From a bacterium (GTDB taxonomy: Bacteria > Electryoneota > JAOADG01), in the NCBI GenBank assembly GCA_963681965.1, contig OY820579.1, positions 3,616,001 through 3,680,000 of the forward strand: 64,000 nt of DNA. The letters run 5' to 3'. Both the position numbers and the translations under genes were made by a program. The notes beneath the pieces are model-generated. The model had not been told where the DNA came from and did no database searches. It worked only from the letters and a program-made list of their open reading frames with translations. Below, piece after piece: positions 1 through 9,305 of the stretch. How positions within the stretch are numbered: position 1 is the first letter of the stretch; each line of letters opens with the position of its first letter.

Positions 1-15
1 AACGAGCTTCATTCC

Positions 16-696
16 TTACTTCCAGCTAATATTGTTATTGTTGGAATTGGTACCGCTACGATTGATCATCTGAGCCGCTGGTTTTTGATTCGGAATCGTA
101 AACCGTCGGGGCGACAACGCCTGCATCTGCGGATCTTGCGCTGGTTCAGCCGGTTCCTGCTGAGCAACTGGATGCGGTTCATTATCGGAATCGGTGAACG
201 ATCGTAAAAATGCCGACTGTGCCGATGACAAACCAGCGTGATCCGGTTCCGGTTGCGAAACACGGACTTCCGGTGGTTGTGCTCGCGACATTTGCGGTTG
301 CGGAGCGCTGACCACTGGCGCCTGCAATGGTGGCAATGTCGTCGGAAGCGTCAACATGGGTTGCGCCGACCGTGCCGGGGCTACAACTGGCGGTGGTGCC
401 ATTTGCAACACCGGAGGTTGAGTAATCAGTTGTGGCGGAACGGGCGTATGCTGTGCCGGAGCAGGAACCGGTGCCGGAGTCGGCGTCGGAGGATGCTGCG
501 TCGGATGCAACGACGGATGCTGCTGCGTACCCTGCGGAGAAATCGGTACTGGTCGCGTTGCTGGTTGCGTTGCCGGTGCAGCTTTGCTACTACGACGTTC
601 TTTGATCCGGAAGATCACATACGATGCAATCGCAATAATGAATGTGATCAAGGTGATTAAAAAGATAATGGTCGAAAGCAATGGAATGAGTTCCAT
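16..696 (-). CDS. Single-pass membrane protein with long Pro/Gln-rich low-complexity tail
   Basis: Start moved to ATG at 696 (MELIPLL) behind GGAGG at 701-705. N-terminal hydrophobic helix, then RIKERR and a P/Q/A-rich region. Co-oriented downstream of the GT2 gene. Confidence 0.75.
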   Translation of the reverse strand: MELIPLLSTIIFLITLITFIIAIASYVIFRIKERRSSKAAPATQPATRPVPISPQGTQQHPSLHPTQHPPTPTPAPVPAPAQHTPVPPQLITQPPVLQMAPPPVVAPARSAQPMLTLPTTLPPLQAPVVSAPQPQMSRAQPPEVRVSQPEPDHAGLSSAQSAFLRSFTDSDNEPHPVAQQEPAEPAQDPQMQALSPRRFTIPNQKPAAQMINRSGTNSNNNNISWK

Positions 697-891
697 CAGA
701 CCTCCAAGCTGCCGCGAAAATCTGGACAATCTTCACGAGCAAGCGATCATACATGCGAAACGAAATATTAAGGTGAATATCGGTTCAGTTACGAATCCGA
801 ATTCTTTGAAAACTCCCGGTCACCCGGATAGTACTGATCAATGCTACAATTACAATGAACCGATGACGAAAACACTTACAAACGGATCGAT

Positions 892-2343
892 TTACAGACG
901 ACCAACCCGCTCGACCTTACCCCAATTCATCTTGATGCCGAGCAGTTCTTCCACGGTCGCAAGAAGTTTGGCAAAGTCAATCAACTGAATGAAATAGAAC
1001 CGGTAGATAATTGCGAATGGAACCAGTCGTAGTTCTTCTTTCTCAACCAGCACCGAATAAAGTGCCGCTACGGTATCGAGCACGGTAAGTTGAACCCACC
1101 ACAACACGATCAATGGCGACATGCCAAACCAAACTGCGACGATTAAGAACATTCCGTTGGCTAATACGTTCATGCCCGGCCAAAGTACCGATTCGAAAAT
1201 CATCTGCCACATTGTGAAAGTTCCGCGCCATCCGGTGTGAAATGGGTTGAGAAAGGTGCGATGCTTACGCAACGATTGGAGAATGCCACGCGTCCAACGA
1301 TATCGTTGTTTCAACAATTGCAGTAACTTCTCCGGCGCTTCGGTGAAACTGATCGCATCCGGTTCGTACTCAATCCGATACTGCTTCGAAATCATTTTCA
1401 AGGTCAGGTCGCAATCCTCGGCGAAAGTATCGGCATCCCAGCCACCGACATCGATCAACGCGCTCTTGCGAAACAATCCGATCGGACCGGGAATAATGTT
1501 CACTGCCTGAATGTAAGCTTGTGCGCGGCGCACAAAATTCAACCCTTCGACATATTCGAGTGCTTGCAAGTGGGTGATCATATTCACTCGATTGATCACT
1601 TTCACGTTCCCCGCCACACCGGCGATCGATGGATCGGAAAAGTGACGCATTGCCGCTCGCAGGGTATTTCGCGCCAACTTACTGTCACCATCCATGCAGA
1701 CAACCACATCTCCGGTTGCAACGCTGGCGCCGTGATTCAATGCGTGCGATTTACCCATATTGCGCTGAGTTAGTACCCGGACAATGATTGGACCGTACAC
1801 ACCCTGATGAACACCTTCCATCTTTTTCGCGATTTCCAAGGTGTCGTCCTTGGACCCATCGTCGATGACAACGATTTCGTAGTTCGGGTAATTCATCGTC
1901 AAGAGTGATCGGATCGATTGTTCAATCACCGGACCTTCGTTGTATGCCGGGACTAACACGGTCGCACGCAACTTTTCGTATTCCGCCGAGTCCGATGCTT
2001 TTTCCCGCGACAAGTGGAAATAGGACAACAACACCAACACCAGATAACGTCCGATCAACAGGAACAAGAAGAGCAGCAACGAAATCACCGAGACGTTGAC
2101 AATAATCGTCGGAAGCGAAATGTGCGTTCGGAGCAACGTGATATACGTGTAAATCGTAATCGCTCCGAAAATCACCAGTAGAATGATAATGACAAACCAA
2201 TAACCCCATTCCCCGGTGGAAGTGTTGACCAACGATTCGCCGGCAGAAAACGTCTCCGAATGGAGTTGCGCATGCTCATCGACCTGATGCGGTTCATGAT
2301 GTTGATTCTGCTTAGCGCTAGTTACTTTTGGTTCTTCCGTCAT
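892..2343 (-). CDS. Processive GT2 polysaccharide synthase, PgaC/IcaA-like
   Basis: VPAYNE, DDGS, GKSHALN, DGD, AED and QRYRW motifs. Two N-terminal and several C-terminal TM helices. No PilZ domain visible. Confidence 0.9.
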   Translation of the reverse strand: MTEEPKVTSAKQNQHHEPHQVDEHAQLHSETFSAGESLVNTSTGEWGYWFVIIILLVIFGAITIYTYITLLRTHISLPTIIVNVSVISLLLFLFLLIGRYLVLVLLSYFHLSREKASDSAEYEKLRATVLVPAYNEGPVIEQSIRSLLTMNYPNYEIVVIDDGSKDDTLEIAKKMEGVHQGVYGPIIVRVLTQRNMGKSHALNHGASVATGDVVVCMDGDSKLARNTLRAAMRHFSDPSIAGVAGNVKVINRVNMITHLQALEYVEGLNFVRRAQAYIQAVNIIPGPIGLFRKSALIDVGGWDADTFAEDCDLTLKMISKQYRIEYEPDAISFTEAPEKLLQLLKQRYRWTRGILQSLRKHRTFLNPFHTGWRGTFTMWQMIFESVLWPGMNVLANGMFLIVAVWFGMSPLIVLWWVQLTVLDTVAALYSVLVEKEELRLVPFAIIYRFYFIQLIDFAKLLATVEELLGIKMNWGKVERVGRL

Positions 2344-2356
2344 AACGCATCCATGG

Positions 2357-5356
2357 TTACAGATTAATCGTTACGGCACCGAATACGCCTTGATACCAGT
2401 ACTCGCCGTCGGTTCGAACGGTGCGAAGATAAGCGTAGGACAAACCTAACGAGACGCGACGCGAAAAGTGCCAATCGAAAGAACCGGCTAAATTTCGAAT
2501 CTGATCGTTTGTCTTCTGTACTTGTCCCAAGCCACCCTTCAGGTAATATGAAAACTTCTGATTCGTTCGCTTGAATTTCACCCATGCACCAATGGTCGTG
2601 TATTGATCCGGTGACCAATAACTGCTGTCTACTTTTTGAGCAGTCACGACTTCATACCGACCGCCGCAGGTGAAATACTTCGACATATCGTACCCGATTT
2701 CTCCCCAAAATTCAGTCCGGTTCTTATTATTGCTGAAGGAGAGAAAATCAAGTTGCCCTTCGATCGACCAGCGTGGCTGAAGCGAGTGGGACAACCACAG
2801 CTCGACACGCTCCGATCGCAAACGTCGAAGAAAAGTCTGTAATTCCTTCGTTGCAGCGATATCGAAAATCGCTTCCGAATTCGCGTAGGTCAATCGTGTC
2901 TTCATTCCAGATAATTCGGTAATGTCGTCGGTGATTTCGTAATTCAGATCGGCACGAATGGCTTGGGTACGTCGCTTGGCAAATTGATAACCCTTCGCCA
3001 CCAAGCTGCCGTAAGTGTGTTTGTCGAAAGTGTACTCAATCCCAGCCAGTCCAAACCAACCGATTTCGCCATACCCGTTTTGCGAGAGTTCGATATCGCC
3101 ACCGCCCAGTCGCAATCTCAATGGAAGCGTAAAGTTCATCAACAACGAACCGGTTTCTTCGCGCATTGTATAGTCTGAATTGTCGGTGAGATATTGATTG
3201 TCAATCTTTACACCGCGCAAGAATGGTCCATTCAGGTCGCGTAGCGCACGTTTTGCTTCGGTGCTCTTCGGATCAAGTCCCAAAACGCGGTTGTATGCTT
3301 CATAAGCACTGTAGGAATCACCTTTCCAGAGGTAGGCATTGGCGATTCCCAACTGGGCTTCCGTCGATTCCGGTTTCAATCGCAAAGCTCGTTCATACTC
3401 AAGTACTGCATGATCGTTGTCGCCTGCCCACGAAAGCGCCTGTGCGAACCGGAATCGGTAATCAAAGTTTCGCGGTGCCCCATCGGCAAGCTGCTGGTAA
3501 ATGCGTTGCGCTTCGTCGAATTGCTTGTCGGCAGTTAGTTCCAGTGCAAATTGGAACCGAAGTTCATCGTCGGATTGACGGCGTTCGGACGCGTAGCGAT
3601 ACTGAGCAACCGCCTCATTGTGTTTGCCGTTGGCTGAAAGTGCTTGTGCATAAGCAATTCGCAATTCGAGACTATCCGGAAATTCGGCAATACGCTGCTT
3701 CGATTGGAACAACATGATATTATTGTTTTCCAATAACTTTCGATCGATATCTTCGGCTAATGATTTGAGGTAATTGTCTTCAGGATTCTGTTCCAATAAG
3801 ATTTTGATGTGTTGGCGCGCTTCGTAGTAGCGTTTTGCATCGACATATAAACCGGCGAGGCGGCGGCGCATCGAATACGATCCCGGATCGGCTAGAACCT
3901 GTTTCTCCAAATGCATAATCAGTGGCGAAAGATCCTTGTCGAGCATCGTCATACCCTGTTTCGCTGCGGAATTGGTGGTATCGATTGCCAGGATATGAGA
4001 ATAAAGACTCTTTGCTTCGCCGTAATTACCCTGTCGCCGTTTCGCTTCCGCCAGACCATAAAGTGTACTTAAATCGGAGGGGTGGGTCAGCGAATCGAGA
4101 CGGAACAACGTTTCCGCTTCGGGAAGATTCGAATTGGAGTACATCAAAGCATTTGCCAATGCAAGATTAGCTTCGCGATTTCCCGGCAGCGCAGTATTGA
4201 CCATTCGCAATTCTTCGATCGTTTCATTGGATCGACCCATCCAATACATGACGCGCGCACGATCCAGTCGCATGTAGTTATCCTGAGGAACCAATTTCAA
4301 ATAAGTGTCGTACAGTTCCAGTGCGCCTTTGTGATCCGGAATTGTGCTGTAAACCTGTGCCAATTTTCGAATTGCCGAAGAGTCCGTCGGATTGGAAGCG
4401 ATCCGTTTGCGATAATCACCGGTCTGCTCGGTAAATAATTTCTGTTTGAAGGCAGAAATCTCTTCTTTAATTCGTTTAGCAGCAGTATCTTTTGGCGCGA
4501 CACGCAATCGGAGCGATACCAGCGAATCGGCTTCGTAAATCCGGTTTACTTTCAAATAATATTGTGCTAGTTGCGATAACGCCGGACCTTGAGGATCTTT
4601 CCTGACCGCGGTAAGGATCTGTTTCTCTTTATATCCGGGTTGATTCAGGATGTTGGCGATTTTCGAACTGGCTTTGGTATTCTTCGGTTCGATGGCGAGT
4701 ACTTTTCGGTACAATTCTACTGCGGCATCCTCTTCACCCTGCCAGAAAGTGATATCGGCGAGAAACATTCGCGCTTCGATGTTGGTCGGATTTTTTGCGA
4801 TAATCGTATTCAACTCATCGGCACTGGCTTTATAGTTTCGGCTCCAACCCAACACTTTCGCATATTCCAACCGAACGGAGTTGTCTTCCGGCTTCATCTG
4901 CAAATACTGTTCGTACACTTGTGACGCGCGGGTCGACATGCCATTACCACTTAAGTAGCGGGCAAAATCCAACACCGTAGCTGCCGGTACATTCGGTTGG
5001 CGAATTCGGGCTTCGAAATCTTCGATCCGGTTCACCTTCTTTGTCCGTTGGACGCCGGTCTCGGATGTCACCATCGAGGCGATTCGCGGATCCTTGGGAA
5101 ACTGCTGCACTAGATACTTGACGTGAGTATTGGCGCGATCTTTCTGCTTCAATTCTTGTAAGATCTGGATCAGTTGCAGTCGGGTATCGATGTCTTTCGG
5201 TACTTGCAACAAGTATTGTTCATATACCGTTGCAGCTTCCATCATAATACCGCTGTTGCGCAACCGATTGGCACGAGTCAGCAATACTTCGGGAGTATCC
5301 GCCAAGGCTACGGAGAAGAGCAGCAGTGTCAAGAGAGAAATGAGTGTCGTTCGCAT
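2357..5356 (-). CDS. TPR-rich secreted protein with C-terminal outer-membrane beta-barrel (PgaA/BcsC-like exporter)
   Basis: Signal peptide, about 700 aa of TPR-like helical repeats, then about 280 aa of amphipathic beta-strands ending GAVTINL. Lies 13 bp upstream of the GT2 gene. Confidence 0.8.
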   Translation of the reverse strand: MRTTLISLLTLLLFSVALADTPEVLLTRANRLRNSGIMMEAATVYEQYLLQVPKDIDTRLQLIQILQELKQKDRANTHVKYLVQQFPKDPRIASMVTSETGVQRTKKVNRIEDFEARIRQPNVPAATVLDFARYLSGNGMSTRASQVYEQYLQMKPEDNSVRLEYAKVLGWSRNYKASADELNTIIAKNPTNIEARMFLADITFWQGEEDAAVELYRKVLAIEPKNTKASSKIANILNQPGYKEKQILTAVRKDPQGPALSQLAQYYLKVNRIYEADSLVSLRLRVAPKDTAAKRIKEEISAFKQKLFTEQTGDYRKRIASNPTDSSAIRKLAQVYSTIPDHKGALELYDTYLKLVPQDNYMRLDRARVMYWMGRSNETIEELRMVNTALPGNREANLALANALMYSNSNLPEAETLFRLDSLTHPSDLSTLYGLAEAKRRQGNYGEAKSLYSHILAIDTTNSAAKQGMTMLDKDLSPLIMHLEKQVLADPGSYSMRRRLAGLYVDAKRYYEARQHIKILLEQNPEDNYLKSLAEDIDRKLLENNNIMLFQSKQRIAEFPDSLELRIAYAQALSANGKHNEAVAQYRYASERRQSDDELRFQFALELTADKQFDEAQRIYQQLADGAPRNFDYRFRFAQALSWAGDNDHAVLEYERALRLKPESTEAQLGIANAYLWKGDSYSAYEAYNRVLGLDPKSTEAKRALRDLNGPFLRGVKIDNQYLTDNSDYTMREETGSLLMNFTLPLRLRLGGGDIELSQNGYGEIGWFGLAGIEYTFDKHTYGSLVAKGYQFAKRRTQAIRADLNYEITDDITELSGMKTRLTYANSEAIFDIAATKELQTFLRRLRSERVELWLSHSLQPRWSIEGQLDFLSFSNNKNRTEFWGEIGYDMSKYFTCGGRYEVVTAQKVDSSYWSPDQYTTIGAWVKFKRTNQKFSYYLKGGLGQVQKTNDQIRNLAGSFDWHFSRRVSLGLSYAYLRTVRTDGEYWYQGVFGAVTINL

Positions 5357-5366
5357 GATTCTCTCG

Positions 5367-7028
5367 TTAGTTTAACAGAGTCATATTTCGATTGTTGTCC
5401 GAAACCTGCGAGAGCAGATCCTGCTCGTTGATCGCATCGTCCGGAAAAACCGAAATCGAAGTGAATAACATCAACTGTTTGCCAAGAAGAACGCGTTGAC
5501 CGTGCGTTCCACTCTTTAATTCATTGATTACTCTACGGATAAAGAGTTCCGAACCTTCTCGATCACATTCAGTCAACATCACCAGGATCTTGTTCATGTG
5601 CCGGCAAAGTCGGTCACCCGTATTGCGCATCGAAATCCGGATCGTATCGGCTATTTGATGAAATGCTTGAACACCGTCATGAGGGGATTGCTGTCCGGGA
5701 ACTGAAGTGGTCGTATTGACCAACCGAAATGACACTAGCGAGAAGTTGCGTTTATTCGGGTAATCGCGAATGATCTGCATATTCATGATTTCTTTGAAAA
5801 CCGGATAGGTAACGATAGTGTTGTCGATCCCTTTACCGAGTTCGTCGAATTCATTCACACCACTCGGTAATTGCTGAACGGTCATTGCAGGAGTGCGTTT
5901 CGCTACGATCGCATCGAGGGTCTCGTGTTTTACCAGCGTCTTTTCGAATGCTTTGATGATTTCAGCCTTAACGACCGGGTAAACAAATAAGCCATCGGCA
6001 CCAGCCTGCTTCACCGACTGATAATTGATACCACCGGCAAATTCAGTCGCGATCACAAAAATTGCTTGTTTACTATTGTGATCCCGGATTTGTCGAAGCA
6101 CATCAGCCCAGTTGTCGATGGTCGAAGCATTGACTACGATCAGATCGAAATCCCCAATACCGAGATGCGAAACCAATTCTTTGGCGGAACTGTATTGCTC
6201 GATCTGGCTGTCGCGATTGAAGATGTCTTCGATTTCCTCGCGGGTCTCGTCATTCCGGTCGAGAATCGCACAGTTGATCGGTACATCTTGTAGCTGCGGG
6301 GTCAGAGTATACTTACTCTCGTTACTCATCGTCGGCGCCGAGACGTTCAAAATGAAACCGCGACCATATTCGATCTGTACATTGTAGGTGATCGGCGGAA
6401 AGAACGGATTGATCATCTTGTGGATCGAGAAAGTCTTCTGGTCGGGGGAAGTTCGAAGCGGAACGTCCAGAACAAAACTTCCGACTGCGGCATCTTCCAA
6501 CAATTCGACGATACGCGCCGCGGTTGGACTATTCGGATGCCCCGTTATCAGAAGAGTTGTTACGTACAATTGTTCGAGCGATTCAGTGAGCGAGTAGACG
6601 TAATTGGACAACTGCGCCTCATTGACTCGCGCCAACAACGGCACGAAAGTATCGAATACCAGTCGCGTGCAACCGTTATTCTTTACATACTGCTCGATTT
6701 CGCCGAGGAAATGAACAACTCCGCCTAACTGGAAATTGCCACTCAAAATCTCGAAGGGATACTCGAGCAAAATGAGCTTGTTTTCCATTAGTGCAGTTTC
6801 AAGCGGGAATCCCATGGACTCGCTCTTGATAATGAGATTGTCGAGACGTTCGCTGGAGATCAATATACCCGCTTCACCCGATTCGTATCCCGCAAGCAGA
6901 TACTGTAGAGCGAAGGTGGTTCGACCTGACTGAGCGGGTCCTCGTAACAGATAGGTTCGATTTGAGTACAGTCCGCCATATGCTGCATCTATGAAATCGA
7001 AACCGGAACTAATTCTAGTGTAGATCAT
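5367..7028 (-). CDS. KaiC/RecA-like ATPase domain + pseudo-receiver + degenerate GGDEF domain (BcsE-like architecture)
   Basis: ATG at 7028 behind GGAGT. TRISSGFDFIDAAYGGL..GPAQSGRTT and RLVFDT (KaiC-like). REC-like segment DLIVVN..AGADG. C-terminal FSLVSFRL..MRNTGDRLCRHMNKILVML GGDEF-fold pattern without GGDEF. Confidence 0.8.
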   Translation of the reverse strand: MIYTRISSGFDFIDAAYGGLYSNRTYLLRGPAQSGRTTFALQYLLAGYESGEAGILISSERLDNLIIKSESMGFPLETALMENKLILLEYPFEILSGNFQLGGVVHFLGEIEQYVKNNGCTRLVFDTFVPLLARVNEAQLSNYVYSLTESLEQLYVTTLLITGHPNSPTAARIVELLEDAAVGSFVLDVPLRTSPDQKTFSIHKMINPFFPPITYNVQIEYGRGFILNVSAPTMSNESKYTLTPQLQDVPINCAILDRNDETREEIEDIFNRDSQIEQYSSAKELVSHLGIGDFDLIVVNASTIDNWADVLRQIRDHNSKQAIFVIATEFAGGINYQSVKQAGADGLFVYPVVKAEIIKAFEKTLVKHETLDAIVAKRTPAMTVQQLPSGVNEFDELGKGIDNTIVTYPVFKEIMNMQIIRDYPNKRNFSLVSFRLVNTTTSVPGQQSPHDGVQAFHQIADTIRISMRNTGDRLCRHMNKILVMLTECDREGSELFIRRVINELKSGTHGQRVLLGKQLMLFTSISVFPDDAINEQDLLSQVSDNNRNMTLLN

Positions 7029-7447
7029 ACACGACTCCGTGGAGTTGCCATTTGCACGTATATAGTACACTGTGAGCGTTTTAATTAGGGTGAAGAGGGT
7101 GTTATAGAAAGCGTTTAGTTGCCGTTTTAAAAATTTAGCATTCAGTTAAGATCTTAATTAATATTAACATAGAGACCGTTACTCTCTCGGAGATTTCCAC
7201 ATTTTGAATGGAAAATGGGTGGTTCTCGACGAGGTAATTCCCCTTCTAACGATCCAATGGGATATTCAAGACCCTACTCGATCTCGGAAAAACGTGATTC
7301 ATATCACTTTAAATTGTATCTAAGGGGTGTTTTTTTTATTATTTTCAATCACTACTAAAACGTCTCATTGAATGATGGACATATATTAGTATCCAGATCG
7401 ATCGACAACTCAACTTTTGCTGGCAATGAGAAAGGCACCTCGGCGTT

Positions 7448-9190
7448 ATGTCTTCAACCTCTAATTGTATATTCTATTTTCGAATACCAACCGCCGAGGA
7501 ATGGGCTCCCTATCTAGCAAACCTGCAAAGATCCGGTCTTCCAGTCAATCTCCACTCGCTCTATAGTCAAAACTCGGGTATTCTCCCGGAACTAGTTTTA
7601 CCCTCATTATTAGAATGCCTGAAACTGTTTTGCGATAAGGAAGAACAGTACCAGAACCTTCCGATTCAACAATATGCGCTGGACTTTATTACCGACGAGA
7701 CGGTTTTATATCATACTGCGAATGTCTTGGATTACGGGTATCGGGTCACGCTCCGGCAACTAATGATGTTCGCGATGACTGCGGAATCGATCCAACAAGC
7801 CGCAGCTATTCCGACTTGGAGTCAGGAGGGAATTCGCTTTGCAACTTCTGCTGCCACTGCGATACAACAGGGCGATTGGGCGGGATTGTGGGAAGCGATT
7901 CAACTCGGATTGAAGGCAATGCCGGAAAATCCGTTCATTTCGGCATTTGCCGCAGAAGTTGCCTTTATTCGCGGCGATGGATTAGCCGATTTGAATGCCG
8001 CTGCGCTGCAACTCAATCATATCCTCGAGCTTCACCAAGCTCAAGCATTGCCGGAGAATTTGATGAAGACGGTCACTTCGTTGGGTACGATGATCGGTCT
8101 GATTCAACAAGATTATTCGGCTGCCGCGCAATTCATCGCAATCGGTCTGAAGTACGATCCTCAAAATATCAATCAATGGTTTGACAATCTTCGGATTTTA
8201 CTCGCAATCGAATCGCCCGTTAATTTGGAAAATGCTCGACTAGCAATCACCGCGACTTTAAATGGTTTTTCCGATGACCTATATTATCTGTGTATTCTGG
8301 CATTTTCGATCGAACCGCTGTTTCAAAAAATATTTATCCATCAGGACTGGTTTGCCGATTACATCGATCGCTTTACACGGGTTCTGACCGAATTGGAAAG
8401 TCTTGTCGGAACACTAACCAATTTTTACAATGCCGAAGATTCAACGCTTGCAAGCGATATCGTGCCAATTTCGAATATGCTGCAATGGTATCGTGCCGCC
8501 CTTACCACTAAGAAAGCGATCATCGGTCTTCGAGCTCTTCAATTTTATCGCGAAACGCTCAATCAGCGTCTCGGGATTATGCAAACATCGTTACGAACGG
8601 AAGGCATTGATCAGATCCACGAAGAGATCGATATCCTGCTGCAAGTGAATCAACTCGGATTGTCGATCCATATGCCCGAGCACGTTATTTCCCAAGCTCG
8701 GGAATTGTTCAGTTTCGAAACGAACGAACCAAATTCCGAGTTGCAATGGTTCAGTGAGTTGCAGTCGTTTCAGAACCAGTACCAACCATTGTTAGAAACA
8801 TGTCGCTTGGTTATTGCCGAAATTCCTGAAATCAATCAACAAATCCACGACTTGGAATTGAACATCCGTCGTGAGAAACCGAAATCCGGACACTCACTCC
8901 GCTTCGTATTCACCCAACTGTTTTATATTGCTGCAGCGTTAGTGCTCTGGTATTACGTCGGGATTGTTACGATGGAAGGCGGTGTGAAAGGTGCAGCAGT
9001 ATTTATTTCGATGTTTGCAATCGCTTTTTCCGTGCTGATTAAACCGATGGAACTCTTTCGACAACTTGGCGGTGTATCGAGCAACAAACGATTGATTCAA
9101 CAATATCAGATTGAAATATCGAAAAATCAGAGTCGCAAGAACGAACTCGTAACGATGCTTCAAAATACGATTCACCAAGTGACTCATTAA
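7448..9190 (+). CDS. Hypothetical helical/TPR-like protein with two C-terminal TM helices and a coiled coil
   Basis: 580-aa ORF with a helical repeat pattern and hydrophobic segments near aa 485-530. No family recognised. Confidence 0.65.
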   Translation: MSSTSNCIFYFRIPTAEEWAPYLANLQRSGLPVNLHSLYSQNSGILPELVLPSLLECLKLFCDKEEQYQNLPIQQYALDFITDETVLYHTANVLDYGYRVTLRQLMMFAMTAESIQQAAAIPTWSQEGIRFATSAATAIQQGDWAGLWEAIQLGLKAMPENPFISAFAAEVAFIRGDGLADLNAAALQLNHILELHQAQALPENLMKTVTSLGTMIGLIQQDYSAAAQFIAIGLKYDPQNINQWFDNLRILLAIESPVNLENARLAITATLNGFSDDLYYLCILAFSIEPLFQKIFIHQDWFADYIDRFTRVLTELESLVGTLTNFYNAEDSTLASDIVPISNMLQWYRAALTTKKAIIGLRALQFYRETLNQRLGIMQTSLRTEGIDQIHEEIDILLQVNQLGLSIHMPEHVISQARELFSFETNEPNSELQWFSELQSFQNQYQPLLETCRLVIAEIPEINQQIHDLELNIRREKPKSGHSLRFVFTQLFYIAAALVLWYYVGIVTMEGGVKGAAVFISMFAIAFSVLIKPMELFRQLGGVSSNKRLIQQYQIEISKNQSRKNELVTMLQNTIHQVTH

Positions 9191-9305
9191 TCACTACTTC
9201 AACTTGTTGTGGTCGTCACATCCTCGGGATCATATCACCTCGAGAGTATTTATTTAACAATTATATCTACTGTATATTGTCGAGTTTGTTAGTTATCGAT
9301 CAATT

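Noticed and set aside
5367-7028. Circadian clock KaiC or an active diguanylate cyclase
   Set aside because: Single degenerate KaiC-like domain with no kaiA/kaiB nearby, and the GGDEF signature is absent.
7030-7447. c-di-GMP riboswitch or defined promoter upstream of the EPS operon
   Set aside because: The region is AT-rich, but I could not match a riboswitch consensus or assign promoter boxes with confidence.
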